Shown here in pieces: positions 9,201 through 20,528 of a stretch of DNA of 64,000 nt. The position numbers were made by a program, and so were the translations under genes. Position 1 is the stretch's first letter, and each line of letters opens with the position of its first letter. Below the pieces are notes generated by a model. It was not told where the DNA came from. It worked only from the letters and a program-made list of their open reading frames with translations, and ran no database searches. The stretch is taken from assembly GCA_903813345.2 (NCBI GenBank), contig CAIIXF020000001.1:43648001-43712000 (forward strand). Reading direction: 5' to 3'. This DNA is from Owenia fusiformis. Taxonomy: Eukaryota.

Positions 9201-12200
9201 TACAGAATAGTCCTTATACTTTTGAATAATTCTGTTATTTCTGATTCACACGACTGTGATTTGTTTAATTAAAAAAAAAGTTTTAAAAATATTACTTAGG
9301 AACGTAACCGGAACTGGGAACGTAACCGGAGCAGATCAGTTTAATCAAAAGAAAAAAAAATGATTTAAAGCACATATACTAATTTAAAAACATACGGCAT
9401 TGTTCGAATGCGTATTTATTAATATATATGCTTTAAATCATATATTTTATTTTTTTAAATTATATAATGCAACTGATCTGCTCCGGTTACGTTCCCAGCT
9501 CCGGTTACGTTCCTAAGTAATATTTTTAAAACTTTCTTTTTAATTAAACAAATCAGAGTCGTGTGAATCAGAAATAACAGAATTATTCAATAGTATAAGG
9601 ACTATTCTGTACTTTTTTCAAAAGTCTATACTTAAATGTTGTAAAAAGTTATAATCGAAAAACCATCTTTCGGAGTAAAGTCCGACTGCGCCGATTTCAA
9701 TAACTTCGTACTTGATCAGAACTGGGTTCCAACAGAATTCCTACAAACTCATGAATGAAATAGCCATTGCATGGAATACTTACTTTTGTCAAAATCAAAG
9801 GAGAACTCTAGTTAAAAAATATATTGTGCTAAATTATTGCCATTTCTTAGTAAAATGTCGTTCTCCGGTACGTTGCCAAAATTATTCGATGGTACCCCGT
9901 GTGAATTGGGTCTCAGGTTATCCTGTAACTTGAACTCTTGATACTTGACATCTTAAAATGGGTGGGGAATGAAGGGTTAATTCTTACCTATTTTTATTTG
10001 TTGTTATTGGCACAGGAAGTGCTCAGATGTACAAGGCCTCTTAATCATTCTATGCAAGTAACAGTTGAGGCTCCCGTGGGACAGACAATTGGCTCTATGA
10101 TACTAAGGTAGAATTTTCTTTATACTGGTTAGCTATAGGATACAAGTGACCACTTGTATATTTAAACAAAACTCAATGATGATTTAATAAGTGATATCTG
10201 TTAGATCTGTGTATCAGTTCAACAATTAACATTATAAAATAAAATGCATAAAATTATATATTTTGTTGTTTCTGCTGTTATTACAGGGTGAGCATAAAAA
10301 TGTTACCCTCTAGTTTTGGAATAACTCTCAATTATGGAGGAAACGACTTAGAGATATCATGTTTTCTGAGGAGACACTCAATCAGAAATGTTATGAAATA
10401 AGTGTAACAACCCTTGATAGACTTTGGATCCAAGGGTCCTAGGTTCGATCCTACGCAGGGCATTGAATTTAGCACACTTTCTTTCAATTTCTTTATCTGG
10501 CTTGTTACACTATGCTTGGTAGTAAGTTAGTTATTCCCCTGGGGCACCCTCGGGTCATTACATTGGTGTCAGATGTGGGATCAGAGCATTGGTTGTATCC
10601 TTTGCGCCCTTTTGTATATGGAAGTCACTGCTAGGGAAGCAGGGCTGACCACGAGGGTGTGGTCCTTTCAAAGGGGGAGATAGTGTAACGACCCTTGATA
10701 ACAAGTTGCTACTACGGCCCAGCTGTAGTGGCTTAAGCCTTTATAGCTCAGTCGATAGACTTTGGATCCAAGGGTCCTAGGTTCGATTCCCATGCGGGGC
10801 ATTGAATTTAGCACTTTCAATTTCTTTATCTGGCTTGTTACACCATGCTCGTTAGTTAATTAGTTATTCACCTGGGGCGCCCTCGGGTCATTACATAAGT
10901 AATAAGCAAATCAATTCATCATATTTGACAAGATAATTTTATAAAAAGGACATTAATTGAAGATATGATTGAAAGCAATCAAGAAATGACCCAAATGATG
11001 GCTAAGACAGAAATCCCTATTTCAGAAAATTGCATTCTTGTCATTTTTGGACGATTTCCCATGATAGCATACCTGGACGGAAGACAAGATTACTCTAAAT
11101 CTCAAAATCATAGATGCAATACTGATTAGAAGTACACCACTGTTTTCTGCATAAACACTATAGTATACACAAAAGAAATCATGAAGTTATTCCAAAATTA
11201 GAGGGTAACATTTTCTGGGGTCATCCTGTGTATGGTTACCTTATGATTTACAGAGGCAGTGGTTTAGTACCAAAATATGAGATCCGTAATGCCAACGAGC
11301 AAGCTATATTTCATGTTGAAGGACCTACTTGTGCGTGCCAGGGGCCTTGTTGCACAGGAGATCACGATTTTGTGGTAAGTTCCAGCAGTCTTGTCTCATT
11401 CATTTTTTAACCCTGATAATGTTTGAAAATTGACATAGGGTATTTAAATGTCATTAACTAAGAAACAACTAATTTTTATGTAGATTGCATCGCCTGAAAG
11501 TGCCCAACAAGTTGGGAAGATTAGTAAACAATGGAGTGGCCACATGAAGGAGCAAATGACCAATGCTGATAACTTTGGTATTTCATGTAAGCTTTAGGCA
11601 ATATTCGTTTTGCTGGTTGCAACCCTTCAAAACATGATTATTCTGTTTTTTATTACAGCACCTTATGTTACATAATCATCAGTGTCTAGCTTGGTAGTGG
11701 CCTTTCTTCCAAGCGATTTAGATTTCAGCGATTTAGCATTTTAGCAATTAGATGGTCATAAAACCAAAGGTATAGCAAGACACATCAACTTGAAAGACCT
11801 TTTTAGCATTAATACAATGTCCACCAAGTCCAAAGGTCGTACATGAGTCATCGGTATTATTTGTTCATTATTCAATCATTTTGTACACAAGCTAATGACA
11901 CAAAGTTTTATGGGGTCTGGACCAGCAAAATGAATGCAACCTTAATCTACATACAACTAGTGTAATATAAGGATTAAAGTAAAATATACAGGGTGGGCCA
12001 AAAAACACCACTTTTTTCAAAATGGTATAACTTTGAAGACACCCAATCTAAAAAATTGCCCACCTAAAGTTGGCAATTAAGACAGGTTGAAAGAAACTTA
12101 GCCAACATTTAACTGATACTGCTATATCAGCAAGGTAACTAAGACTTAAAGCCATCATCAGAGAGGATGGCGGACCAATTGAACTCCTCATTTAGATCAA

Positions 12201-13171
12201 ATATAATCCAAGTTGAAGGACTTGTTATATAATATTTTACTAAGAACCCCTAGCACTATGTAACTGCAAAATTTGGGGTATATACGTTGGAAAATAAAAA
12301 AGTTATAGTGTCTTGAAAAAAAAGTGGCGTTTTTTTGGCCCACCCTGTATATACTTATACAGTAGTTTTATTGGTCTTTAATGGTTAACAAGACAAGTAT
12401 TGATTTGTCAATTTTTAAAATAAAATCTGTTTGTAATTGTCAAGTCTCAAATGTTTCAACAAACATAACAATTGGAGTTTATTTGAATTTAAACAATCCT
12501 ATTATATACTAATAGTCTAATCTAAATCTTGTCTTGGATGAAGCCTCAGAAATCATCAATAAAAATGATATTTAAAATGATCTGATATTCTGTGTCTATC
12601 ATACCAAGTTTGATTTCCAGTTCCAATGGATCTTGATGTCAAGATGAAAGCTGTTATGATTGGTGCAGTTTTCCTTATTGTAAGTTTCTTTGCTGAATAT
12701 AAGACATTGGAGCGGTCAGAATTTGGTCACACCATTGTGACAATGTTTATCCAATATGTTGTAAAATATTTAATATTTGGCGCATGGTCACAATTGAAAA
12801 CCGAAGTGATTCGTTGTTGAACATCAAATTATCCTTTATATCAGTTGATGATAGAGACCTTGTGTTCTCCCCAATAACAATTGCAGAAAGACAAATGGTT
12901 AATGCCGGTTGACTTCAATCAATTAATCCATTTTAGTCACCAGGCTTTGCAGTTGAAAACATTTTATAGGACTATATGAAGAACTTTATTGAACAACACA
13001 GCATTTAGTCTCTGGCCTACTTTTTACTAAAATTATCCCACTAAACTTGAGCGATGTATCAAAAAAAGTTGCATGTTTAACTTGACCTAGCTATTTATTT
13101 CATAGGATTTTATGTACTATGAAAATCATCAAAACAGAGGACACCATCGCCATCGCCAACATTCGTTTTAA
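6237..13171 (+). CDS. PLSCR: Phospholipid scramblase (PLSCR family), 9 coding exons; apparent 1-nt frameshift in exon 4 (pseudogene or sequence error)
   Basis: Exons with GT-AG boundaries: 6237-6378, 6919-7119, 7760-7909, 8169-8322, 10016-10107, 11254-11374, 11484-11586, 12621-12679, 13106-13171. The translation shows a Pro/Gln-rich N-terminus, [85 protein letters not shown], all PLSCR hallmarks. Phases are compatible except exon 4 to exon 5. Confidence 0.93.
7165..7498. mobile_element. MITE (possibly PIF/Harbinger-like) packed with palindromic AAAACGTTTT / AAGACGTCTT motifs
   Basis: The left end AATTAACACTAGCGCGC is an imperfect reverse complement of the right end GCGCGTAGTGTAAATT. About ten copies of the ACGT-centred palindrome lie inside. 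Confidence 0.6.
8578..9901. mobile_element. Foldback DNA transposon with ~550-bp TIRs, CAC...GTG termini and 5-bp TSD (Transib-like signature), in scramblase intron 4
   Basis: CACGGGGTACCATCG...CGATGGTACCCCGTG; the arms 8578-~9129 and ~9352-9901 are almost perfectly complementary, which explains the mirrored ORFs 8555-8767(-) and 9712-9933(+). TGAAT flanks both ends (8573-8577, 9902-9906). The centre ~9159-9340 is a direct duplicate of ~8826-9007. Confidence 0.9.
10403..10895 (+). mobile_element. TRIM (miniature non-autonomous LTR retrotransposon) with tRNA-derived LTRs
   Basis: LTR1 10403-10562 and LTR2 10684-10895 are both TGTAAC...ATTACA and highly similar. The 4-bp TSD is TAAG (10399-10402, 10896-10899). 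PBS TGGTGTCAGATGTGGGAT at 10564-10581 is tRNA-Leu-type. Polypurine tract AAAGGGGGAGATAG lies just before LTR2. The non-coding interior is 121 bp. Confidence 0.9.
10737..10801 (+). pseudogene. tRNA-Lys(UUU)-derived sequence within the 3' LTR (truncated second copy at ~10415-10462 in the 5' LTR)
   Basis: GCCTTTATAGCTCAGTCGATAGACTTTGGATCCAAGGGTCCTAGGTTCGATTCCCATGCGGGGCA aligns end to end with the metazoan tRNA-Lys(UUU) sequence as recalled. It has an A-box TAGCTCAGTCGA and a B-box GGTTCGATTCC. About 8 nt of the D/anticodon arm are missing, so it is not a functional tRNA. Confidence 0.75.
11989..12347 (+). mobile_element. Internally deleted Tc1/mariner-superfamily transposon retaining the transposase C-terminal codons
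   Basis: TA-CAGGGTGGGCCAAAAAACACCACTTTTTTCAA...TTGAAAAAAAAGTGGCGTTTTTTTGGCCCACCCTG-TA. The interior ~12142-12195 reads [17 protein letters not shown], resembling the RLxAVIxxxGGxxE C-terminus of Tc1/mariner transposases. Confidence 0.85.
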
Positions 13172-13844
13172 TTGATTAAATGTAAGTATCTCCCCACGGC
13201 TTTTCATCTCTGTGTTAATGGAAATGCAAAAGTGATACATTTATGATATCATTCGCTTTGAGAGATCTTATTTTTATCAAAGAGTTCATATTAATGATAT
13301 GATGTTATGATTGCGACGATTTGATAAAACTAATTGATATGAATAAATGATTTGGTTTCATACCATGATTTTTATCAAAATTTATTTTTTTGAATTAACA
13401 GAAGAACCGAAACATGAAATGTATTTATACCATCCAACAGTTTCCAATGTTGCTTTATAATTAAGCTATCTACATTCTAAGTTCTCCGACATAATTCATA
13501 TCACGTAAGAAGACAATTATAGGATTGATTGTACATGATAGTACCTGTTTCAACCAAGCAATAAATTATTTATTCATTTATACATTGAAATAATTTTTTG
13601 CTTTCAGGGATATATATCTAATGAGATCATTGCTAATCAGCAGGAATCATGTGCAGTCCAGACATTGACAATAAAAGGAGCATATTTCTATTTCAATACT
13701 TTTGAAACATAAACCATATTCGGATTATATGCCAATGAATTTATCAACTTCTGCTAGTGAAGTATGTTGTACAAGATAGAACATTTTTTACATTTTGTAT
13801 TATGTATTACTATTATTCTGAAAAGTAATTCTATTTTAGCCTAG

Positions 13845-14589
13845 TTTTTGGCTCACACAGTGAGCCTATGGGATCGACCAGGCGTCCGTCCGTCCGTTGG
13901 TCCGTCCGTCCGTTGGTCCGTTGGTCCGTCCGTCAACATTGGCCGCACAAATTAAAACTGCTATTCGGATTGAGTCGTACCCACATTCATTTTATGCATA
14001 TCCATAATGCCTATTTTGTGATTGACAAGTTTTGTGATTGACAAGTTTCTCAAAGTTTGCCTTATACTAAATCATTTCTTGCAATGAATTACATCATTAC
14101 TAGATTTAAGCATTCCCTACATATTGCTCAATATATGTCAGCATCAAATTTTTACAGTTTTTGAGATATTTGACGTCAAAAAACAGTAAAAATAAATTAT
14201 TTTTCAACTTGCTTCAATTTGACCAAATTTTGTTTTTAAATCATCTACAAGTTGCCAGGAGCTCAAATCTGACATTAGTTTTAGGATTTGACCTTTACTT
14301 GACCTTCAGTTACCTTCGAAAGGTCAAAAAAGTTGATTTTTCAAATTAATTTTTGGATGTAAATTTTGTTCAGCTTAATCACAAAAGACCTTACTGAGCT
14401 CTGAATAAGTCAAATTTTCAAGGTCAAAGGTCATCAAACTAGGTCACACAACTGTGCTATCAAAGTTTACGAGGTATTTCTTTAAGTTCAAGACTACAAA
14501 TCCAAATCAATATTTTTGTTTTAAAGTCAGGATATACATTCCTCTGAAGGTCCAAACTGTGTGAGCACAGGACCGTGGGTCCTATTTTT
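13845..14589 (+). mobile_element. Helentron-associated non-autonomous element (HINE/DINE-1-like)
   Basis: In order: T-rich 5' end, subTIR/hairpin GGCTCACACAGTGAGCC, (GTCC)n microsatellite 13884-13933, TGACC/GGTCA motifs, 3' subTIR CTGTGTGAGC (14557-14566), stem-loop AGGACCGTGGGTCCT and a T-tract. Confidence 0.8.
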
Positions 14590-15041
14590 GTACTGTTTCA
14601 GTGTATTGAAACTGGAAATAAATACAATATATTTTTTGATATACTTCCTAAAAAAGGAAAGATGGAATTTACAAGAATTAGCTTTATATCTTCAAACAAA
14701 CACAACAATTTATAATCCTAGATGAAATACATTCATCCAATTCCCAACATTTCCTGAAACTGGGAAGTTAGGACATTCTAGTTACTGGAGACCTTAAGCA
14801 ATGCATATATATAAAATCGAAACGGAAGCCTGTACTTATAAATCGCCCTTTACAAATGCTTGTTTTCTCACATAAACAATGTTCGGTTACAGTGTTTACT
14901 TAGTCTGTTACTTAGACTACACATTATCGTGTAATATGCCATTGATAGGTATATAGAAGGTTTTCTGTGATGAAGCTGATCGGGTATCTGAAGTAGACTA
15001 ATTAGCACTTGTTTTGTATGTGTGCCATACACATTACTGTA

Positions 15042-15673
15042 CAGGGTGTCAAATGGCGTTGTGCCCCCCTTCCACAGCATTAACTAGGAGAAGTACACAT
15101 ACATTATATATATCATAAGAAAGAGCATTCAATTCTGGATAAAATGAACCCTAGATGACCAGGGTCAGATATTGCTACAAAGTTTCATAAACATTTGAAA
15201 TGCACCAGTATAGTGCTATTTTTATTGATTTTTAAAAATTCCTGCAAAGACCTTTTTGGTATTGGTGAATACCCGAGCAACATCTCTGACTTAAATGCTT
15301 CAGTTCAAATTGAGCCCATATTAATGGATAAAACAGAGCTACTTATGGAAGTTGAAGCTGTAGAGAACAGATATTCCATAGATATCCTCCAGGGGAACCT
15401 CAAAAAGTATTGAGATCTCTGCTCGAGATATTGCTCCTTTCAATGCCCTTTTAACTTGATATCCAGCCTGACTGGCAGTCGTTTAAAGTTGCGGGGGATG
15501 GTCAAACCCTCTTTTAAAAGTTGGTTCAAATTATGTATCATTTTCTATCATCCATCTTCATCTTTTCACACTCTAAGAACAATTAAATGCTCTTTCCAAT
15601 GGTATACAGTATGCATGTGTACCTCTTCTAGTTTATGTTGGGGAAAGGGGGCACAACGCCATTTGACACCCTG
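15042..15673. mobile_element. Tc1/mariner-type MITE
   Basis: TA-CAGGGTGTCAAATGGCGTTGTGCCCCCTT...AAGGGGGCACAACGCCATTTGACACCCTG-TA: near-perfect ~29-bp TIRs with imperfect extension. Confidence 0.9.
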
Positions 15674-15923
15674 TACATGTGTTGATTCATTAACTTTGCG
15701 TTCATGGTTACCTTGTGAAAAACATCACTAGCTTAAAGTCTCGACTATCTATCATTAGTCTCCACTATTCCTCTTAAAATTACATGGTGAACAATATTGT
15801 GAAAATAGTATTGTTGGTAAAACTTAATCAAAGAAAGATATTAAAATCAAAATGGTCATCATAAAATATACCCAGCATGTAATAACAACCAGGCCTAGAA
15901 TATAATACCCAAGGCAGCCCTGG

Positions 15924-16142
15924 AAAAGACGAGTCTCGGTTTGGAGAACAAAGTTCATCAGTCTACTGCGCTAAAGATTTTTTGAAAAATATAGAAATAC
16001 ACTGTAACACCCAAATTAAATTATGGATATTCAAAACAGGACATTTAAATCTACAATATGTAAAAATATCAAAATTGTCCAAAGCAGGCGTTACGTGCAG
16101 TAGACTGATGAACTTTGTTCTCCAAACCGAGACTAGTCTTTT
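15924..16142. mobile_element. Small hairpin MITE (~220 bp)
   Basis: AGTCTCGGTTTGGAGAACAAAGTTCATCAGTCTACTGC pairs with GCAGTAGACTGATGAACTTTGTTCTCCAAACCGAGACT. Confidence 0.8.
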
Positions 16143-16296
16143 ATGTTTGTCAAGAAACAGCTGACTAATGAAACGAGAAAACCACCTTAAAATTTACCTA
16201 ACATACCCAAGAATTAATTATTCTGAAATTCCAATACTGAATATTTTATTTTAGGGAGATCTTTTAATATTGTTGAACCTCTAGCAAGGCTCAGTT

Positions 16297-17427
16297 CTGA
16301 CATTTTCTTAGCTGACATGTTACTATTTCCAGTATTTCCTTGTCAATTGCAGAACCACCAATAAAACTTGCAATAAATATGATAACAATTAAGTCACGAC
16401 AACAACAACCAAAACAGTGAACTTATATAAGCTATACTACTTTATTCTGATAAAAGAGAAACAACATGAAAACAGTAGTTAAAAAATACAGAGTACTATA
16501 CCAGTACATACATTTGTCATTAAAAGATTGTCTTGGAAAATATAAGGCATCTATTCTACATGTAACTAATATAACATCACAAGGACTTCATCTACTTCAT
16601 TTATCAAAAATTAATTCCAATAACCATAGGCAAAGATGATACACTTTAATTTACTATAATAAACATGACAGATTTCTATCACAAACATAAAGCCAACAGG
16701 TCATGAATGTGGCCCCCAGAGTTTTTGCAAATAAAGCACAAGGCATTTACATGCAAATTGTCACCACATGCCTTTTGTTACAGAGGCTGTATGTTGTTAC
16801 AGACACTGAACACCAGCCAAAAAAGTTGGAGACTAGAACAAATGTTTGTCGCCACTTCTGGTGATGACAAAAAACCTGTCTACTCCAATACCTTTGGGAT
16901 TGCCTCACAGCTCAGATCTTTTGAAAGATGACACATCTATAAAGGACAATTTTCAGTTTGGATAACCATAGACGATTTTCGGTTTGGAGAACCAAATTCA
17001 TCTGCATATTTCGACGTTATCAATGTTGCCAAAAATGAACATTTTTGTGTATTGTAAATTTAAATGTCCTCTTTGTATACTTTAAAATCTACAATACGTA
17101 AAAATATGAAATTTTTGGTAACATGGATAACGTCGGAATATGCAGATGAATTTGGTTCTCAAAAGCGAAAATCATCCTTTACCAAATCTATCTTTGCCAT
17201 TTGTATTTGCACTAATAAATACATGAATGGAATGTGTTATAATGAGAAAAAATAGTTCTGGTTAAAGTGGATATATGCTTATTACAAATCTTGAGCACTT
17301 TATTTGGAAAGTTTCATGTATGCTATATACCTACACAACATGGATGGAATGTTAAAAATCACAATTTATATTATATTATTAAATAAGTGGCTAATATCCA
17401 ACAAACTACAAAAAAATATAAATGTAA
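16297..17427 (+). repeat. First part of copy 1 of a ~1.65-kb tandem duplication (continues at 26888-27405 after a 9.5-kb insertion)
   Basis: Nearly identical to 27406-28538; the ORF track shows the same spurious peptides at 16707/27818 and 17064/28175. Confidence 0.95.
16969..17178. mobile_element. Small hairpin MITE related to 15924-16142 (duplicate copy at ~28080-28289)
   Basis: GATTTTCGGTTTGGAGAACCAAATTCATCTGCATATT pairs with AATATGCAGATGAATTTGGTTCTCAAAAGCGAAAATC. Confidence 0.7.
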
Positions 17428-17496
17428 CTAGATTTGTGAAATTGAACAAGTTCAATTTAAGACTCCAGATTTATTTGACCTAGATAGATCAGTAAA

Positions 17497-17702
17497 GAGC
17501 TGAGTAAGTAACTGAGTAATTGGCTGAGTAAGTACCTTAGTAGTAGTTGAGTAAGTAGCTGAGTAAGTAACTGAGTAAAAAGCTGAGTAGGTAGCTGAGT
17601 AAGTAGCTGAGTAAGTACCTGAGTTAGTAGCTGAGTAAGTTGCTAAGGAAGTAATAACTAATTAAGTAATTGAGTAAGTAGTCAAATAAGTAGCTGAGTA
17701 GG
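17497..17702 (+). repeat. 12-bp minisatellite (GAGTAAGTAGCT)n inside the first array unit
   Basis: Direct inspection: repeated GAGTAAGTA(G/A/C)CT units. Confidence 0.9.
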
Positions 17703-20355
17703 TAGAGAGGTAAAGTAGGGTATGCAGGAATTTTTGAAAGTATATTTGATCAATCTGCATCGTGAATACTGGCAAGTGCGAATTTCAAACTTCAAAATGG
17801 CGTAGAATCTAAACCGGTGGTCGGATTGCAATTTTAATTTCAGATCCAGATTCCTGAGGAAATTCTACCCCTAATTCATAACTCATACTTTAAAATTGGA
17901 GAACTTTTTATTTTGACCTACATTTCGGACACCATATCTCAAAAGTGGGTCAAAAAACTTATTGACGGCAAAATGTTAACATTATTAGCACACTCTTTGC
18001 TACAAGTTTACAAAATTTCGGAGAATATCATTGAAGTGTAGTGTCAGAATCGCAAAATAAAAAAAACTATGAATTTGACCTAGATTTTGAACTAGGTATT
18101 TTGGTGTCCAAACTTTGAAGGAAAGTAGCTTTTGAGGTCCCCTTCTTCTATGGGCTTTCATTATTTTTAGCTGTACTCATTCTATATCTCGTATTTTTAT
18201 ACTTCAAAAAATTATTCGGTCCCATTGATTTAACATGGGGCACCAAATTTAGCGATTTTTGAGATTTCAAAACGCCATAACTTCAGAACAAGTAGTCGGA
18301 TCGAAATTTGGTTTGCAGATCTAGATTTCTGAGAAAATTCTACCCTTAATTCATAACTCATACGTTAAATTTGGAAAACTTTTAACTTTGGCCTACTTTT
18401 CGGACACCATATCTCAAAAGTGCGTCAAAATACTTTCTGACGGCAAAACGCTAACACTATTAGCATACTCTTTGCTACCTGTACACAAAATTTTAAAGCA
18501 AATCATTTAAATATAGTGTCAGAATCGCAAAAATAAGGGAAAACTATAAATTTGACCTAGATTTTGACCTAGGCATTTTGGTGTCCAAATTTTGGAGCTA
18601 AGTAGCCTTCGAGGTCCCCTTCTTTAATAGGCGTTCATTATATTAAGCTGTACTCAGTCTATATCTCGTATTTTACACTTCAAAAAAATCTTTTTTCCCA
18701 TTGACATAACATGGGGCAGCAAATTTAGCGATTTTTGAGCTTTCAAAACACCATAACTTCCGAACAAAAGGTCGAATCAAAATTTGATTTGCAGATTCGG
18801 ATTCCTGATAAAATTCTACCCCTTATTCATAACTCATACGTTACATTTGAAGATTTTTTTATTTTGACCTACTTTTGGGACACCATATCTCAAAAGTGGG
18901 TCAAAATACTTTTTGACGGCAAAAGGCTTACACTATTAGCACACTCTTGGCTACATGTATACACAATTTCGAAGAATATAATTAAAGTGTAGTGTCAGAA
19001 TCGCAAAAATAAGGAAAAGCTTTGAATTTGACCTAGATTTTGACCTAGGCATTTTGTTGTCCAAATTTTCAAGATTAGAAGGTTTTGAGGTCCCCTTCTT
19101 TTATGGGCTTCCATTATGTTTAGCTGTACTTAGTCTATATCTCGTATTTTACACTTCAAAAAAATATTTTTTCCCATTGACATAACATGGGGCACCAAAT
19201 TTAGCGATTTTTGAGCTTTCAAAACGCCATAACTTCCGAACCAGAAGTCGGATCGAAATTTGGTTTGCAGATTTGGATTCCAGAGAAAATTCTATCCTTA
19301 ATTCATAGCTCATACGTTAAATTTGGAAACTTTTTATTTTGACCTACTTTTCGGACACGCCATAACTTCCAAACCGGAAGTCGGATCGAAATTTGGTTTG
19401 CAGATTCGGATTCCTGAGAAAATTCTATATTTAATTCATAACTCAAACGTCAAATTTTAAGAATTTGTTATTTTGACCTACTTTTCGGACACCATATCTC
19501 AAAAATGGGGCAAAATACTTTCTGACGGCAAAAGGCTAACACTATTAGCTGACTCTTAGCTACATGTATACAAAATTTCGAAGAATATAATTAATCTGTT
19601 GTGTCAGAATCGCAAAAATAAGGAAAAACTTTGAATTTGACCTAGATTTTGACCTAGGCATGTTGGTGTCCAAATTTTGAAGCTAGATGGCTTATGAGGT
19701 CCCCTTCTTTTAAAAGCTTTCATTATATTTAGCTGAACTCAGTCTATATTTCGTATTTTTCACTTCAAAAAAATATTTTTTCCCATTGACCTAACATGGG
19801 CACCAAATTTAGCGATTTTTGAGCTTTCAAAACGCCATAACTTCCGAATGGGAAGTCGGATCAAAATTTGGTTTGCAGATTCGGATTCCTGAGAAAATTC
19901 TACCCTTATTTCATAGCTCATATGTTAAATTTGGAGAACTTTTTGGTTTTGACCTACTTTCAGGACGCCATATCTCAAAATCGCTAAGAGAAATCAAAAA
20001 ATGGATGGCACACTCTCGATTTGATTTTTTTTAAGCTACATGTAGAAAATAAGATGAAGTAGTTACGACAAACAACAACGAAGATAATTGACAGAATGTT
20101 GATTTGACCTTGATTTGACCTAGTTCTTGACCCTTGACCTAGATAAAAATTTGACCTAATTTCCCATCATCCCAGGTACTGCCCCTAGTTGATCATGTAA
20201 GCAGCTTAAAGTAAATTCTTTTAGTTGGTGAGAAATCTGGGAAGGAGGAAGATTCTGAAAGAATAATAATAACTAGACTTGAGAAATTGAACGAAGTTCA
20301 ATTTCAGACTCCAGATCCAGACTTTTTTAAGCCCAGTCATCTAAAATAAGCCGGG

Positions 20356-20528
20356 TAGGAAAGGATAGAATGGGTTGGAACGATAGGATAGAATAAGAAA
20401 GAAGGATAGGATAGAACAGAATAGGAAGAAAGGATATGATAGGAGAGGATAGGAAGGATATGAAGGAAAGGATACGAAGGAAGGATAGATAGGAAGGATA
20501 GGATATGATCAGATAGGAAGGATGGATG
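20356..20528 (+). repeat. Purine-rich (GGATA/GGAA)n simple repeat; equivalent tracts at ~21755-21935, 23310-23582 and 24948-25140
   Basis: Direct inspection. The tract occupies the same position, just inside the hairpin end, in units 2-5. Confidence 0.9.

Larger units (their letters stand above)
10284..11228. mobile_element. Tc1/mariner-type MITE interrupted by a nested miniature LTR element
   Basis: TA-CAGGGTGAGCATAAAAATGTTACCCTCTAGTTTTGGAATAACT pairs imperfectly with AGTTATTCCAAAATTAGAGGGTAACATTTTCTGGGGTCATCCTG. Confidence 0.75.

Noticed and set aside
8555..9933. Identical ORFs on opposite strands (MIRTGFQQ...)
   Set aside because: Artefact of the foldback TIRs; non-ATG starts and no recognisable domain.
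10575..10586. TGGGATCAGAGC as a second, initiator-Met PBS
   Set aside because: It has one mismatch, is not adjacent to the LTR and overlaps the better tRNA-Leu PBS; likely coincidence.
10737..10801. Functional tRNA gene
   Set aside because: The D/anticodon arm is partly deleted, stems pair poorly, and it lies within an LTR.
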